A stretch of DNA of 64,000 nucleotides from Bdellovibrionales bacterium (GCA_965203275.1 OZ241865.1:2368001-2432000); one strand, 5' to 3'. Shown: positions 43,365 through 54,021, counted from the stretch's first letter. Translations and numbers: made by a program. The notes: generated from the letters alone by a model not told the origin.

Positions 43365-44371
43365 TAAATACAGTATTCCTTATTGACAAGATCATAATTT
43401 GTTAAAATGCTTTTTATAGCTTGATATTCAGGGAAATAAACAAGTGCATCTAGTATATTTTGCAAAGGCTTTGTCATATACTTTAAATAACGAGTATTTT
43501 TGTTTATATTATAAAGAGCAACAAATGTACCACACATTTTAAAACATCTTTGAATACAGTGCAAGTGATAAAGTTGCATAAATTCATCCCTAGAAATATA
43601 CAAGCCCAGCTCTCTTCTTTTTGTAATATAATATTCAATCAATAAATCTTCTAATTTTTGATCTATATCTACATAAGCATCTTTTAATAAACTGACTAAA
43701 TCATATTGACAAAGTGCCATCCTAGCATCTTGAAAATCAATAATATACACTTTATTTGATTTCATCATAATATTGCGAGAGTGATAATCTCTATGAGTCA
43801 TGCATTTTTTTTCTTTATCTAATTGATTGCTAATACTGATAAACTCTTTATTCAACTGAGCTTTCATCTTTGTGGTCAGTGGCATTTGACAGTAATCTTC
43901 TAATAAGTGTTTTTGTGTATAGAGCATTTCATTGGTGAATTTTTCAGTATCAAAGATAATATCAAAAGCAATGCAGGGTAAATATTTTGATCTGACCAAA
44001 CAATGAAACTTCACTAGCTCATTGATAGTTTGTTTATAAAAACTGATCAGCTCAGGTAAACTTTCTTTTTGCCAGAAAATATCTTCTAAGGTTGTATCTC
44101 CTAAATCTTCTAATAATGCCATACCTGACTTTTGATCGTGGTATAAGACTTGAGGGACAGCAATTTGATTGTAGCTTAAATACTTTTGAACACTTAGAAA
44201 AGAATTAAGTGAAGCAAAAGGTTTTTGATAACACATCAAAATAAATGTATTGGATCCTTGGATAACGCGGAAGTAAAGGCGATCAGAAGCATCCCCCTTA
44301 AGAGATTTTAACTGGAAACTTTCTGAATTGTTAAGAGCTGTTTTTAAAAACTTTGTTTTATTCTCATCCAT
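43364..44371 (-). CDS. Anomeric MurNAc/GlcNAc kinase-like phosphotransferase (AmgK-like)
   Basis: GDASDRLYFR, EDLGD, HRDYHSRN, IDFQDA and YDLVSLL motifs. Confidence 0.9.
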   Translation of the reverse strand: MDENKTKFLKTALNNSESFQLKSLKGDASDRLYFRVIQGSNTFILMCYQKPFASLNSFLSVQKYLSYNQIAVPQVLYHDQKSGMALLEDLGDTTLEDIFWQKESLPELISFYKQTINELVKFHCLVRSKYLPCIAFDIIFDTEKFTNEMLYTQKHLLEDYCQMPLTTKMKAQLNKEFISISNQLDKEKKCMTHRDYHSRNIMMKSNKVYIIDFQDARMALCQYDLVSLLKDAYVDIDQKLEDLLIEYYITKRRELGLYISRDEFMQLYHLHCIQRCFKMCGTFVALYNINKNTRYLKYMTKPLQNILDALVYFPEYQAIKSILTNYDLVNKEYCI

Positions 44372-44476
44372 TTAGAGGTTGTCTCAACATTTCTAGTTAA
44401 TAATTAAGAGATTGTTTGGACATTTTTACAAAGCGTATTAAGTGTCTTGAGTTTCAATAGACAAAGATTATAAAGT

Positions 44477-45157
44477 TTATATTTTGAAAAGAATATCTAC
44501 TAAGACAGCCACATCAAAGGTTCTATAATAATAACGACGATACATATAATCACTTCCTTGATAACCACAAGTAGATGCTCCTACTCCTGTCCCACATTGA
44601 ACATCATTAAATAAAAAACTTCTGATTTGCAGACTGGGTCCTAGCCCTACTATAGAGCTAAAAAATTTAATGTACCCTACTTGAACAATAGCACCCATTC
44701 CACTACCCAGATTAAAATCTAAATTTTGCATATGACCTACAGTTAAACGTCGTCCTTCACCTCTATATTCTTGCCTCATATTTCCAGAGATAAAAAATAA
44801 ATAAGTTGCACTACCAAACCAGCCATTATTCATATATCCTGCTGTTAAGCCAACTCCTGTTGTCCTAATATGGGTATAATTACTGAGGTTAATAAAATTG
44901 GTATCAAATGCTGCCCCAACAAATAAACCTGCATTAAACTGAAAATAAACACCTAAGTTGCCAATAAGATTACGAGCAGTGGGTCTAGGATTAGATAGAG
45001 GATCATTTACACCACCGGTACTAGCTTGATCATCGGAGTAATCATTTGAATGCCCCATGTAAGAAATACCAAATGAAGGCTTAATCAAAAGATCAGCATA
45101 AACTGAGCATCCTAAATTCAAAGTAAAAAAGATAATAACAAATAAAAATTTTTGCAT
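44477..45157 (-). CDS. Probable outer-membrane beta-barrel protein
   Basis: Signal peptide; Gly/aromatic alternating strands. Confidence 0.6.
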   Translation of the reverse strand: MQKFLFVIIFFTLNLGCSVYADLLIKPSFGISYMGHSNDYSDDQASTGGVNDPLSNPRPTARNLIGNLGVYFQFNAGLFVGAAFDTNFINLSNYTHIRTTGVGLTAGYMNNGWFGSATYLFFISGNMRQEYRGEGRRLTVGHMQNLDFNLGSGMGAIVQVGYIKFFSSIVGLGPSLQIRSFLFNDVQCGTGVGASTCGYQGSDYMYRRYYYRTFDVAVLVDILFKI

Positions 45158-45318
45158 AATTTTTACACTGTTCCTTTTTACTTATAGCGTTTCAATAAAC
45201 AACAATTTTGTCAAGATTTTGAATAGCAAAGCTAGACTATATCACTAAAAGCCACTCACACTTCCGACGTGTTTTTAGAAAATCCACTGATAGCTTATAC
45301 CATCGTGAAAACACTCGA

Positions 45319-45960
45319 CTATACTATTTTCCCATCAGATAAACGAATAACAAAATGAGCTACTTCATTTATATCTCTTACATCATGTGTGACCATAAGA
45401 GCAGGGATATTAAATTCTTCTACAAGATTTCTAATCAAAGATTGAGCTGCTTGATGTCTCTTGCTATCTAATGCACTGAAGGGTTCATCTAACAATAAGA
45501 TGCGAGACCGACTCATCAAGGCATTAGCAATAGCAAGCCTTTGTTGTTCTCCGCCTGATAAATCTCTAGCCTTTTGTTTTAAAATGTGGTTTATTTCTAA
45601 AACATGGGCTACTTTATCTAAAAGTTTTTTTAAATCTTGTTTAGACTTATGACGTGGACTACCCGCAAATAACATGTTTTGCTCTCCTGTGAGGTGGGGG
45701 AAAATATCATTTTCTTGAAAGACAACTCCAATGCGACGTTTTTGAAGTGATAACTCAGCTAAGTCCTCTCCTTTGAATATCCAAGAAAAAGAAGCACATT
45801 TTTGCACACCTAAAAGTACTTTCAAAAAGGTGGTTTTACCACTACCACTTTCACCCACAAGAGCAGTGATCCCTTCATCTGAGAGAGAAAGATGAGGAAT
45901 ATCCAACTGGAATGAACCAAAATCCACAAAAACATTTTGTATCAAAGACATGATCATCAA
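45319..45960 (-). CDS. thiQ: ABC ATPase, ThiQ-like
   Basis: GESGSGKT, LSGGEQQR and LLDEPFSALD motifs; operon context. Confidence 0.8.
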   Translation of the reverse strand: MMIMSLIQNVFVDFGSFQLDIPHLSLSDEGITALVGESGSGKTTFLKVLLGVQKCASFSWIFKGEDLAELSLQKRRIGVVFQENDIFPHLTGEQNMLFAGSPRHKSKQDLKKLLDKVAHVLEINHILKQKARDLSGGEQQRLAIANALMSRSRILLLDEPFSALDSKRHQAAQSLIRNLVEEFNIPALMVTHDVRDINEVAHFVIRLSDGKIV

Positions 45961-46000
45961 CCTTTTATTTCTAAATGTATCTTTGTTACTTGGACTTGAA

Positions 46001-47458
46001 TCATCTAGGATGTTTTCCTAAAAGCCAAATCTTGGAATTAAATATCCAAAATGCAAAACATCCAACTAGCAACATTAAAAGTAATATCCATGAAGCTCCT
46101 GTGAATTGATAACGAGAGAGCATATTGCTTAAAAGTAAAGGCAATGTACTATTGCTATCTTTAAAAAGCATAAGAGATAAAGTAAAATCACCTACAGCCC
46201 AAAAGGCAGCTAGACCTGCTAACTGCCATGCAAGTCTTTGAGACTGAGGCCATATAATATGTAAAAAAATAGACCAATGATGATGTCCCATAAGCCTTGC
46301 TAATGTCCTCTGTGATTCTAATCTTAAAATCTCTGTTGACCATTTCCAACGATATAATCCGCCTAAAGATAAAAGACATAAACCCAATGAGTTTAGAAAA
46401 GCCACCTGCATAAGTGACCTTAATTCCCAATGAAGATAATAAGATAAAAACAAAAGGGCAAAGCCCATCACAGCTGTACTGGGCATCATAAATAGTAAAT
46501 AAAATTTATCTAACAAAATGCTATATCCTACCAAAGCCATCATGGCTAAGATCAAAAGAACCATCAACCCAGTCAAAAAACCTATCAATAAACTGCCACT
46601 TAAGGGCTTAAATAAAAGCAAAGGTTCTGACAAAAGCGTAGCAAAGGCAGGCCATCCAGTGATCAAATCTCCAAAGCAAGCACAAAGTAAAAGCACAGTG
46701 ATTGATAGCGGTAAATAAATAAAATATTTGAAGCCTATATCCTGACAATTCCATGTTTGTTTTTTCTCTCTAAAGTGAGGAAGTAAATAAATAAAAAAAA
46801 GCAAGATAAAAATCTGATATAAAGAGAGCAAAGCTGCTGCATTGATATGGCCTTCAAATCTTATAAGTTCATAAATAGCCATTTCTGTTGTGACCCATTG
46901 GCCTCCACCTAAAATCAAAGGGATAGAAAAAGACCCTAAACATAAGCACAATAGCATAAGAAAAACAGTAAACAAATCTCTCTTGATGCTTGGAAGTAAT
47001 ACATAAAAGAAAATACTTTTTTGAGAATGTCCAAAAAGTCTTGCTAAGATAGGTCCAGCTCCACAGCTTTCTTGCAAACTCTTTGCTAACATCACAGATA
47101 CAAGACCTGAATATATTAAAGTATGTGCCATAACAATACCTGTGAATCCATAAGGAAAATCAAAGGGCAGAAAGGAAAAAATACTTAACAGAGAAAAAAT
47201 CACAAAAAGAGAAGGGAAAAAACTAGGCAATACAATAAACATTTCTAAAAAAGTTTTGTTACCTTGGTATCTGATCAAACCCAATGCTCCTAAGAATCCA
47301 ATAGCAATTGCTATCAGACTACTCCAAAAACCTTGTAAAAAAGTTTTATACAATATAAGAGCAGGAAAATCCGGCACACTCCAATCATGGAAAGTGGAAA
47401 AAATAATCAAATAAGGTAGGAGTAGAATAAAAACTAAAAAAGTTTTAATAAAAATCAT
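46001..47458 (-). CDS. thiP: ABC permease, ThiP-like
   Basis: Duplicated permease domains; located between binding protein and ATPase. Confidence 0.8.
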   Translation of the reverse strand: MIFIKTFLVFILLLPYLIIFSTFHDWSVPDFPALILYKTFLQGFWSSLIAIAIGFLGALGLIRYQGNKTFLEMFIVLPSFFPSLFVIFSLLSIFSFLPFDFPYGFTGIVMAHTLIYSGLVSVMLAKSLQESCGAGPILARLFGHSQKSIFFYVLLPSIKRDLFTVFLMLLCLCLGSFSIPLILGGGQWVTTEMAIYELIRFEGHINAAALLSLYQIFILLFFIYLLPHFREKKQTWNCQDIGFKYFIYLPLSITVLLLCACFGDLITGWPAFATLLSEPLLLFKPLSGSLLIGFLTGLMVLLILAMMALVGYSILLDKFYLLFMMPSTAVMGFALLFLSYYLHWELRSLMQVAFLNSLGLCLLSLGGLYRWKWSTEILRLESQRTLARLMGHHHWSIFLHIIWPQSQRLAWQLAGLAAFWAVGDFTLSLMLFKDSNSTLPLLLSNMLSRYQFTGASWILLLMLLVGCFAFWIFNSKIWLLGKHPR

Positions 47459-48491
47459 GTAAGCCTTCTAAAGATCTCTTCCAGTTTTTCAGATAAAAGC
47501 TTTCTGGTTTTTGTAATGTATGGTGTGGAATAAGAGATAAATTTGGAAGATCAGCAAAGGCAGTGCCTTCTTCCACATTGGCAATCACAGGGAACATATA
47601 ATTTTTTGTCATTATAAGCTTCTGCACTGGTTGACTATGAAGAAATTTAAGAAATTTCAATGCCATTGGTTTACGAGGGCTATCAGCCACAACTCCTGCA
47701 AATTCTATTTGATAGGGATGGCCAGAATGAAATTCCATAACTTTCAGTGTGTGATTGTTTTCTTCTATTCTATGATAAGCCAGAGAAGTTAAATAAGAAA
47801 AAGCTATATCTGTTTGTTTTTTGGTAAACAATCCGTACATAACTGTCCAAGAAGGAGATAGTAAATAAGCTTTTTGAATAAATTGAGAAAGTGTGTTTTG
47901 TCCAAATTGATTGAGTATCCAAACTAAAAATTGAAACCCTGGGGAGCTACTTCTAGGATCCATTAGTGCATATTTGATATCATAAGTTAAAATATCTTGA
48001 GGTGTTTGAATTGTAGATAATTTATTAGATGGTCTATAAATAAAAGTTAGAGGTGACCAATCAAAAGGCAAAAAGGTATTGTATTCCTGAGAGAATTTAA
48101 TTGCTTGGAATCTTTGTGAAAGCCTTGTGTGGGGATACCATGGTATCTTCTCCCATTGGAGAATATTATAAGCTTGTGAAATAGAAAATTGATCAAGTCC
48201 TAAAACCACATCCGCATCAGTTGTGCCTTTAATTTTTATTTCAGTATTCAATCTTTGCAAAAGAGTTCTCGCATCACCAATATTTTCAAGATGCAATTGA
48301 CAATTTGTTTGTTCTTGAAAAAGAGCTTGGAGATCTCCGCCTACACCTGTGGAGCTAGCAAAGGATGAATAAGTATATACGTAGACGGCACAGGTTTCTG
48401 GCGGTTTGGTTTTAGACCAATAGAGGATTAAAATTAGCAATACAATTAATCCTACAGGTATGTATTTTTTAAGGTACTTGTATTGTGGCAT
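47445..48491 (-). CDS. thiB: Thiamine ABC transporter substrate-binding protein
   Basis: VYTYSSF, ADVVLGLD, DPRSSSPG, SYLTS and NYMFPV motifs. Confidence 0.88.
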   Translation of the reverse strand: MPQYKYLKKYIPVGLIVLLILILYWSKTKPPETCAVYVYTYSSFASSTGVGGDLQALFQEQTNCQLHLENIGDARTLLQRLNTEIKIKGTTDADVVLGLDQFSISQAYNILQWEKIPWYPHTRLSQRFQAIKFSQEYNTFLPFDWSPLTFIYRPSNKLSTIQTPQDILTYDIKYALMDPRSSSPGFQFLVWILNQFGQNTLSQFIQKAYLLSPSWTVMYGLFTKKQTDIAFSYLTSLAYHRIEENNHTLKVMEFHSGHPYQIEFAGVVADSPRKPMALKFLKFLHSQPVQKLIMTKNYMFPVIANVEEGTAFADLPNLSLIPHHTLQKPESFYLKNWKRSLEGLHDFY

Positions 48492-48549
48492 CTTAAACTT
48501 TTTTCATCATGTATAACTATAATTATTGAGAGTACTTCTAACTAAACAA

Positions 48550-49617
48550 TTAGTGGATACATTGACTTAAGTCATACCGGCACATTCCAAAGCGATCTAT
48601 TTCTACAAAAAAAGCCAATGATAGCTTAGCAAAATTGATAGCATGTTTTGCATTATTACCTGAAACTTCAAAAGTATCCGTGGTCTTATGTATGTGAGGA
48701 TTGATTTCACGCAATCTAGCTTCTGTCAACATAGAGGCAGGATATCCTGCAATATACCAAGAAGCATGATCTGAACATCCATAACCACATTGATCATATT
48801 CCCATTGTAATGTTGGAAGATAAGTATTAATGACTCGCTTCAAAAAACTATTTTGTCCAGGGTCTGTGTAATCAGAGATCATCACAAGATCAAGATCCTC
48901 AGATCCTTTAAAATTAACAAGGTCCAAATTAATGCTACCAATAACTTTCTGATTGCTTTCTGCAAAAGAATTAGCTATATGCTCTGAGCCTTTGCGGCCT
49001 ATTTCTTCTGCTGCATAAGCCATAAACATCATCGTTCTTGTTGGACGATAATTGTTAGAAACCAAAACTCTTAAAACTTCTGTAATAGTGGCAATGCCAG
49101 AAGCATTATCATCAGCCCCAGGTGCATTTGTCCTCAAAGCAACCTCTTCATCAGGCATGACACCACGGCCTTCTTTTACAACAGAATCTGCATGAGCACC
49201 TAAAATAATTTTTTCTTCAGGAAACATACTTCCTTGAATTGAAAGAATCAAAGAAGGCATAGGGCTAAATTCTGTATGGTGAAAAAATTCTATGTGAACG
49301 TCATCCCTGTTTTGTGTTATTTGTTCCCATTGAGATTTCAACCATTCTTGTGATTCGATAGCCTCTGGACTTTTATAAAATCTTGAAAACTCTGAAAAAG
49401 ATATTATGGTCTCTGCGATTTCTGAATCACTTACATTCTCTAACATCTCAACGACTTCTGATAATGGTTCTTTAACATTGTCAGAGACTTCACTTTCTTG
49501 AAGTGGTTGTTGTGTGCTTTTTTGATTTTCCTCTTGGTGAAGCTGTGTGGTTTGACTGTTAGCATAAGTTGTACTTAAAATCATCATCCATGATAATAAA
49601 ATAATTGCTGTTCTCAT
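48550..49617 (-). CDS. Secreted M28 leucyl aminopeptidase
   Basis: GAHADS, APGADDNASG, AAEEIG and CGYGCSDHASW motifs. Confidence 0.93.
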   Translation of the reverse strand: MRTAIILLSWMMILSTTYANSQTTQLHQEENQKSTQQPLQESEVSDNVKEPLSEVVEMLENVSDSEIAETIISFSEFSRFYKSPEAIESQEWLKSQWEQITQNRDDVHIEFFHHTEFSPMPSLILSIQGSMFPEEKIILGAHADSVVKEGRGVMPDEEVALRTNAPGADDNASGIATITEVLRVLVSNNYRPTRTMMFMAYAAEEIGRKGSEHIANSFAESNQKVIGSINLDLVNFKGSEDLDLVMISDYTDPGQNSFLKRVINTYLPTLQWEYDQCGYGCSDHASWYIAGYPASMLTEARLREINPHIHKTTDTFEVSGNNAKHAINFAKLSLAFFVEIDRFGMCRYDLSQCIH

Positions 49618-49883
49618 AATTATAACCTCCTATATATTATTTGTTATTTGTAATATTTGTAATAAAACAATCTTGTTGCATGAAAAACAAAATCTCTGTT
49701 TACTTGTACAAAGTTTTGTTGCTTTGTTATACATCATTCATGCTACAAATCCATTAAATATTTTTTGCCATTATAATTAAGAGTTTTAAGAATGCAAGCA
49801 TAAAATATACCTTTTGTAAAATTTACATAGCGATTTTTATTTTAACTTCCTATACCCTTATATTTTATGACACACGATCACAG

Positions 49884-50711
49884 TTATATGATAAAAATAT
49901 GCACTAACCAAACATAAACAGGTATAGCAAATAAAAAGCTATCTATTCTGTCTAAAGTTCCTCCATGTCCAGGCATGAACCACCCTGAATCTTTAACTCC
50001 AGCCTCTCGCTTTAAAAGAGACTCAAAAAAATCACCTATTTGTCCCACAAACCCTGTTATAAGAGATATTAAAACAAATATAGGAAATGCTAGGTGAGGA
50101 AACCACATAAAATAAGCTATACTGCCAGCAAATGCCGAACCTACAAGTCCTCCTAAGCAACCTATTTGTGTTTTATGAGGTGAAATATGAGGGAGTATTT
50201 TCGTCTCTCCCCATATACGACCTGCAACATAAGATAAAGTATCTCCAATAAAAATAATTCCGCAAAGAGTAAAAAATAAATACACGTTCAAATGAAGTAG
50301 GTCAATGATTAAAGAAGGAATATACCCTAGATAAATGATTCCAACAGCAACTACTAAAATATTGTAGATTGTTTGATGGAATTTTTGTGTGACTTTTGTT
50401 AATTCACAAGAAATAAATACAATAAAAAGACAGGCTATAAGTATATATATGGTGTTTTGAGAGAAGATATCTTTATATAAATAAAGATGACAAGCTAAAA
50501 TAAAGCAAAAACGAGTGATAAAGTTAGGTTTTTGTTTGATAAAAAAAGTAACGTTGAGGTATTCATAAGAAGCCATCAGACAAATAAGAGCTAAAAAGAA
50601 CTTAATACCTGTTATACCTAATAAGACATAACTGCCTGAGAGGAGTATAAGCCCTACACTAGCTGAAAAACACCTTAGATAAAAAGGGTTATGTTTGTTT
50701 TTTGAACGCAT
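49884..50711 (-). CDS. cdsA: Phosphatidate cytidylyltransferase
   Basis: ISPHKT and GDFFESLLKREAGVKDSG..PGHGGTLDRIDS motifs. Confidence 0.95.
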   Translation of the reverse strand: MRSKNKHNPFYLRCFSASVGLILLSGSYVLLGITGIKFFLALICLMASYEYLNVTFFIKQKPNFITRFCFILACHLYLYKDIFSQNTIYILIACLFIVFISCELTKVTQKFHQTIYNILVVAVGIIYLGYIPSLIIDLLHLNVYLFFTLCGIIFIGDTLSYVAGRIWGETKILPHISPHKTQIGCLGGLVGSAFAGSIAYFMWFPHLAFPIFVLISLITGFVGQIGDFFESLLKREAGVKDSGWFMPGHGGTLDRIDSFLFAIPVYVWLVHIFII

Positions 50712-50768
50712 ATATTTTTAATTTGTTTGTTAGATAATTTTAGATATTTTATAAAGCTTATTTTTGTA

Positions 50769-51287
50769 TCAAAATGGTAGGCGTTTAAGTTTCATTTGAT
50801 CCATATCATAAGCTCTTATACCCAGCAAAAGTGTCTCTCCACCTGATGTTGGTTCAACTACTGCTTTATTAACATAAGTATTGATAGCTAAAATGCGACC
50901 TTCAAAGCTAGTCCAATGGAACAAAGGGTCAATATGATATAAATCAGAATTTACAAAAACAGGACGATTTGTATTGACACAAAGTTTTGTGCCTATATTA
51001 ATCAAACAGCCATTCGTTCTATATAAGTCCATTTCATTATAGATACCGTAATTGTTATCCTCAAATTGCACAGTGACCATACCATGATTGTCTATAGTCG
51101 AAACTTTAGCTGGCCTTGCTTTGTTACATTGATACCCATAAGTCTGATAGGAGCAATCATCCACAACATAAACTAGATCATCTACATTCAATACAGTTGT
51201 TTCATGGATCTGGGATGAAGTCATTGCAACAGTGTCTAACACAAAACCTTGTATAAAAAATAAACTCAAAATAAATATTTTTAACAT
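50769..51287 (-). CDS. Secreted hypothetical protein
   Basis: 172-aa ORF with signal peptide. Confidence 0.7.
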   Translation of the reverse strand: MLKIFILSLFFIQGFVLDTVAMTSSQIHETTVLNVDDLVYVVDDCSYQTYGYQCNKARPAKVSTIDNHGMVTVQFEDNNYGIYNEMDLYRTNGCLINIGTKLCVNTNRPVFVNSDLYHIDPLFHWTSFEGRILAINTYVNKAVVEPTSGGETLLLGIRAYDMDQMKLKRLPF

Positions 51288-51424
51288 GATGTTTTGATTT
51301 AATTTTTCTTAAATTAATTTTAAATTATTATATTATTTATAGGTTTGTGTCAAATTTTTTATAAGGGGTATGTATTTTAAAGTATATGACAGAGTAAAAA
51401 AGAAGCTTAGCGTGTATATTTCAA

Positions 51425-51508
51425 TATTATATTGGTGGCAGTCGTTATGACGAATGGACCATGAGTGATGCCAAGGTATTAGCAAACGAGGCCAATGGTG
51501 TTGATTAA
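51425..51508 (+). pseudogene. Short pilin-like 3' fragment
   Basis: IGGSRYDEWTMSDAKVLANEANGVD*; inverted copy of 58131-58214. Confidence 0.5.
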
Positions 51509-51607
51509 TCACATAATCCTTTAATTTTAAAGTTTAAGCATGATAGAGCATAAAGGCCGCTTGCTACGTCCCGTATATTCTTATTAAATAGATAGTTATT
51601 GTGTCGC

Positions 51608-51763
51608 CTCTCTTAAGAGTCTTTTTACATCTTCTGAAATTAAAGATAAGGTGGGTGTTGGAACACCGACTCTCTTAAGAGTCTTTTTACATCTTCTGAA
51701 ATTAAAGATAAGGTGGGTGTTGGAACACCGACTCTCTTAAGAGTCTTTTTACATCTTCTGAAA
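51608..51763. repeat. 62-bp tandem repeat of ankyrin gene 3' end (three 32-bp cores, two identical 30-bp inserts)
   Basis: CTCTCTTAAGAGTCTTTTTACATCTTCTGAAA at 51608, 51670 and 51732. Confidence 0.92.
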
Positions 51764-52691
51764 GTGTTCTCTCATAGTCTAAGATACTAAATCCAACATT
51801 GTCTTCAAGATCGACGTTAGCTCCGGCCGCTAGCAATGCCCTTACAACCTCTATATGGCCATAAAGACTAGCCAACACTAAAGCCGTCCGGCCTCTTTTG
51901 CTTTGATGATCGACGTCCGCACCATATTCTATCAATAATCTTACAATCTCTATATCGCCTTCACGACTAGCCCATATTAAAGCCGTCCTGCCTCTGTTGT
52001 CTTCAAGATTGACGTTAGCTCCATATTCTATCAATAACCTTGCAAGAGTTCTAAATTTATCATATTTAACAGCTCTTATTAAAGATATATCATCCACGTT
52101 GGCTCCGGCCGCTAGCAATGCCCTTACAATCTCAATATGGCCTTCATGACCAACCCACATTAAAGCCGTTTTGCCATTAATGGTTTGAAGATGGACGTTA
52201 GCTCCGGCATCTAGCAATACCCTTACAATCTCAATATGGCCATCAAAAGCAGCCCATATTAAAGCCGTCCAGCCAACACTGTCTCCAAGATCAACGTTAG
52301 CTCCGGCCGCTAGCAATGCCCTTACAACCTCTATATGGGCTTCATGACTAGCCCACATTAAAGCCGTCCAGCGATTGTCTTCACGATCAACGTTAGCTCC
52401 GGCCGCTAGCAATGCCCTTACAATCTCAATATGGCCATCAAAACTAGCATTTATTAAAGCCAGCCGGCCATCATTGCCTTGAAGATTGACGTTACCGTTT
52501 TCAATTAAACGTCTTACACAATTAAGATTGTTCCGTTTAACGCATTCTATTAATTCTCTTAGGTCTTCACTTTGCTGAATAACTTGATGTGTTCCTTCAA
52601 CCTTTTGTCCATTTTCTACTGTATTTTGAGTAGCTTCTGAATTTTGACATGCAATCATGGATAAAAATAAAGATAAAAATATATTTCTCAT
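51702..52691 (-). CDS. Ankyrin-repeat lipoprotein
   Basis: Lipobox MIAC; about 8 TAL.WA...GHIE.VR.LL.AGANV repeats. Confidence 0.93.
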   Translation of the reverse strand: MRNIFLSLFLSMIACQNSEATQNTVENGQKVEGTHQVIQQSEDLRELIECVKRNNLNCVRRLIENGNVNLQGNDGRLALINASFDGHIEIVRALLAAGANVDREDNRWTALMWASHEAHIEVVRALLAAGANVDLGDSVGWTALIWAAFDGHIEIVRVLLDAGANVHLQTINGKTALMWVGHEGHIEIVRALLAAGANVDDISLIRAVKYDKFRTLARLLIEYGANVNLEDNRGRTALIWASREGDIEIVRLLIEYGADVDHQSKRGRTALVLASLYGHIEVVRALLAAGANVDLEDNVGFSILDYERTLSEDVKRLLRESVFQHPPYL

Positions 52692-52912
52692 TATTTGATA
52701 CTCCTTTTAAATTGGTTAAAATTTTTAAGTTAAATAACAATAAAGCACATACAAGGTTAAAGCCTTGATTAAAAAGGCTTTTTCTATGTTTTAGAAGTAA
52801 CCCTTGATAATTTTTGTAAAAATATCTTAATTTAGGGGCGAAGTCAAGCATTTTTAAGAATTAAGAAAAAAGTGAATAGGAACATCCTTAAGTAAGTTTT
52901 TTTAGATATACG

Positions 52913-53396
52913 ATGTTAAAGCTCATCAAGACCTCATTTTCACGATGGTTTGACATACTTTGGTCTACATGATAAGATAAATATAAAAATATAAGTTTAT
53001 GCAGAGGGTTAAAGCTTTTATTGATTTTTTAAAAGAATATATATATGGTGAGTGTATGAAAAAGAAAATAAGGGTTATTTTAGTATTTTTTCTATCTAAT
53101 GAGACATTTATTCTATGGCCTTGTCCTAAAGTCACATTCGATGGCATTAAACAATCAATGATGGATAAGTTAGAGAGAACGCTTATAACTTATTTTTTCC
53201 CTTTAATTGTTCCACTGACTCATCCTACCCTTTAAATCAGGTTAGTTCCGGCTGATTAAATCATCACACTTTCAGAACTTGTAAATGCCACTAAACTTCT
53301 TTATTAAAAAAACCGATAGATATTCTGACAGTCCAGTCCATGCCTAAACCTACAACTTGCCTGATAAATAAGAACATGGATGCATGAAAATAAAAC
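52913..53396 (+). repeat. Conserved ~480-bp 5' cassette, copy 1 (contains uncertain 78-aa ORF)
   Basis: Near-identical to 59226-59707. Confidence 0.92.
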
Positions 53397-53409
53397 CTAG
53401 GAGGATATT

Positions 53410-53727
53410 ATGAGTGATTTTTTTAAAAAAATAAGCTGGCCAAATTTTTTTATGTGGGGTGTTTTTGCTATTATTTCATGTTTGGTAGGGCTTGTATCTT
53501 ACCAATTATATGACAATATACCTAAACAGATTGAAGAGGTTAAGATTGATCTTAAAGAGGTTAAGGATGATCTTAGAGCAGATCTTATTAGAGAGATTGA
53601 TAAGCTAGATAAAGATATTAAAATACTTAACACTGACATTAAAGAGATGGATAAAAAGAATGATCGAAATTTTAAGGACATACTTTTGAGATTGCCACGG
53701 AATGAAATAGCATCTATTGATAAATGA
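53410..53727 (+). CDS. Small TM + coiled-coil protein (YNHIP family, member 2)
   Basis: AGGAGG RBS, TM segment, QLYDNIPKQI. Confidence 0.82.
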   Translation: MSDFFKKISWPNFFMWGVFAIISCLVGLVSYQLYDNIPKQIEEVKIDLKEVKDDLRADLIREIDKLDKDIKILNTDIKEMDKKNDRNFKDILLRLPRNEIASIDK

Positions 53728-53768
53728 TTGACTTATAAGTGGATATGAAAAGCAAAGTTTCCATATTA

Positions 53769-53797
53769 AAAGAGGCCCTTGTGGCCTCTTTTTTTTA
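53769..53797 (+). terminator. Intrinsic terminator
   Basis: AAGAGGCC-CTTGT-GGCCTCTT plus T run; same sequence near 60221. Confidence 0.85.
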
Positions 53798-53821
53798 TTT
53801 GAAATTTTCTTAAGATTTTAT

Positions 53822-53850
53822 TTGACAGGAGTGTATCAAACTGATACACT
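53822..53850 (+). promoter_or_regulatory. Sigma70 promoter overlapped by palindromic operator
   Basis: TTGACA-N17-TACACT; AGTGTATCA-aac-TGATACACT perfect inverted repeat. Confidence 0.7.
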
Positions 53851-53865
53851 GATAGTAAGGGATAT

Positions 53866-53958
53866 ATGAGAATTTATATCTCTATTTTTTTATGCAAAGA
53901 ATGTACATTCGTTGCTAATTATTTGAGTGAGTTTTTTAACAAGTTTAAAAAAGCTTAA
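53866..53958 (+). CDS. Putative 30-aa peptide
   Basis: AAGGGA RBS; MRIYISIFLCKECTFVANYLSEFFNKFKKA between promoter and terminator. Confidence 0.35.
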   Translation: MRIYISIFLCKECTFVANYLSEFFNKFKKA

Positions 53959-53985
53959 ATTAATCGTTAATTTTGAGTTTTTTTA

Positions 53986-54021
53986 GGGATGGGTTTTTGT
54001 GAGAAGCCCATCCTTTTTTTT
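53986..54021 (+). terminator. Intrinsic terminator
   Basis: GGATGGGTTT...AAGCCCATCC plus T run. Confidence 0.8.

Noticed and set aside
48492..48549. TPP riboswitch before thiB (and FMN riboswitch before ribB)
   Set aside because: Spacer too short or too AT-rich; no consensus motifs
51608..51763. CRISPR-like repeat-spacer pattern (32 bp / 30 bp)
   Set aside because: Spacers are identical, the repeat is ankyrin coding sequence, and no cas genes are present
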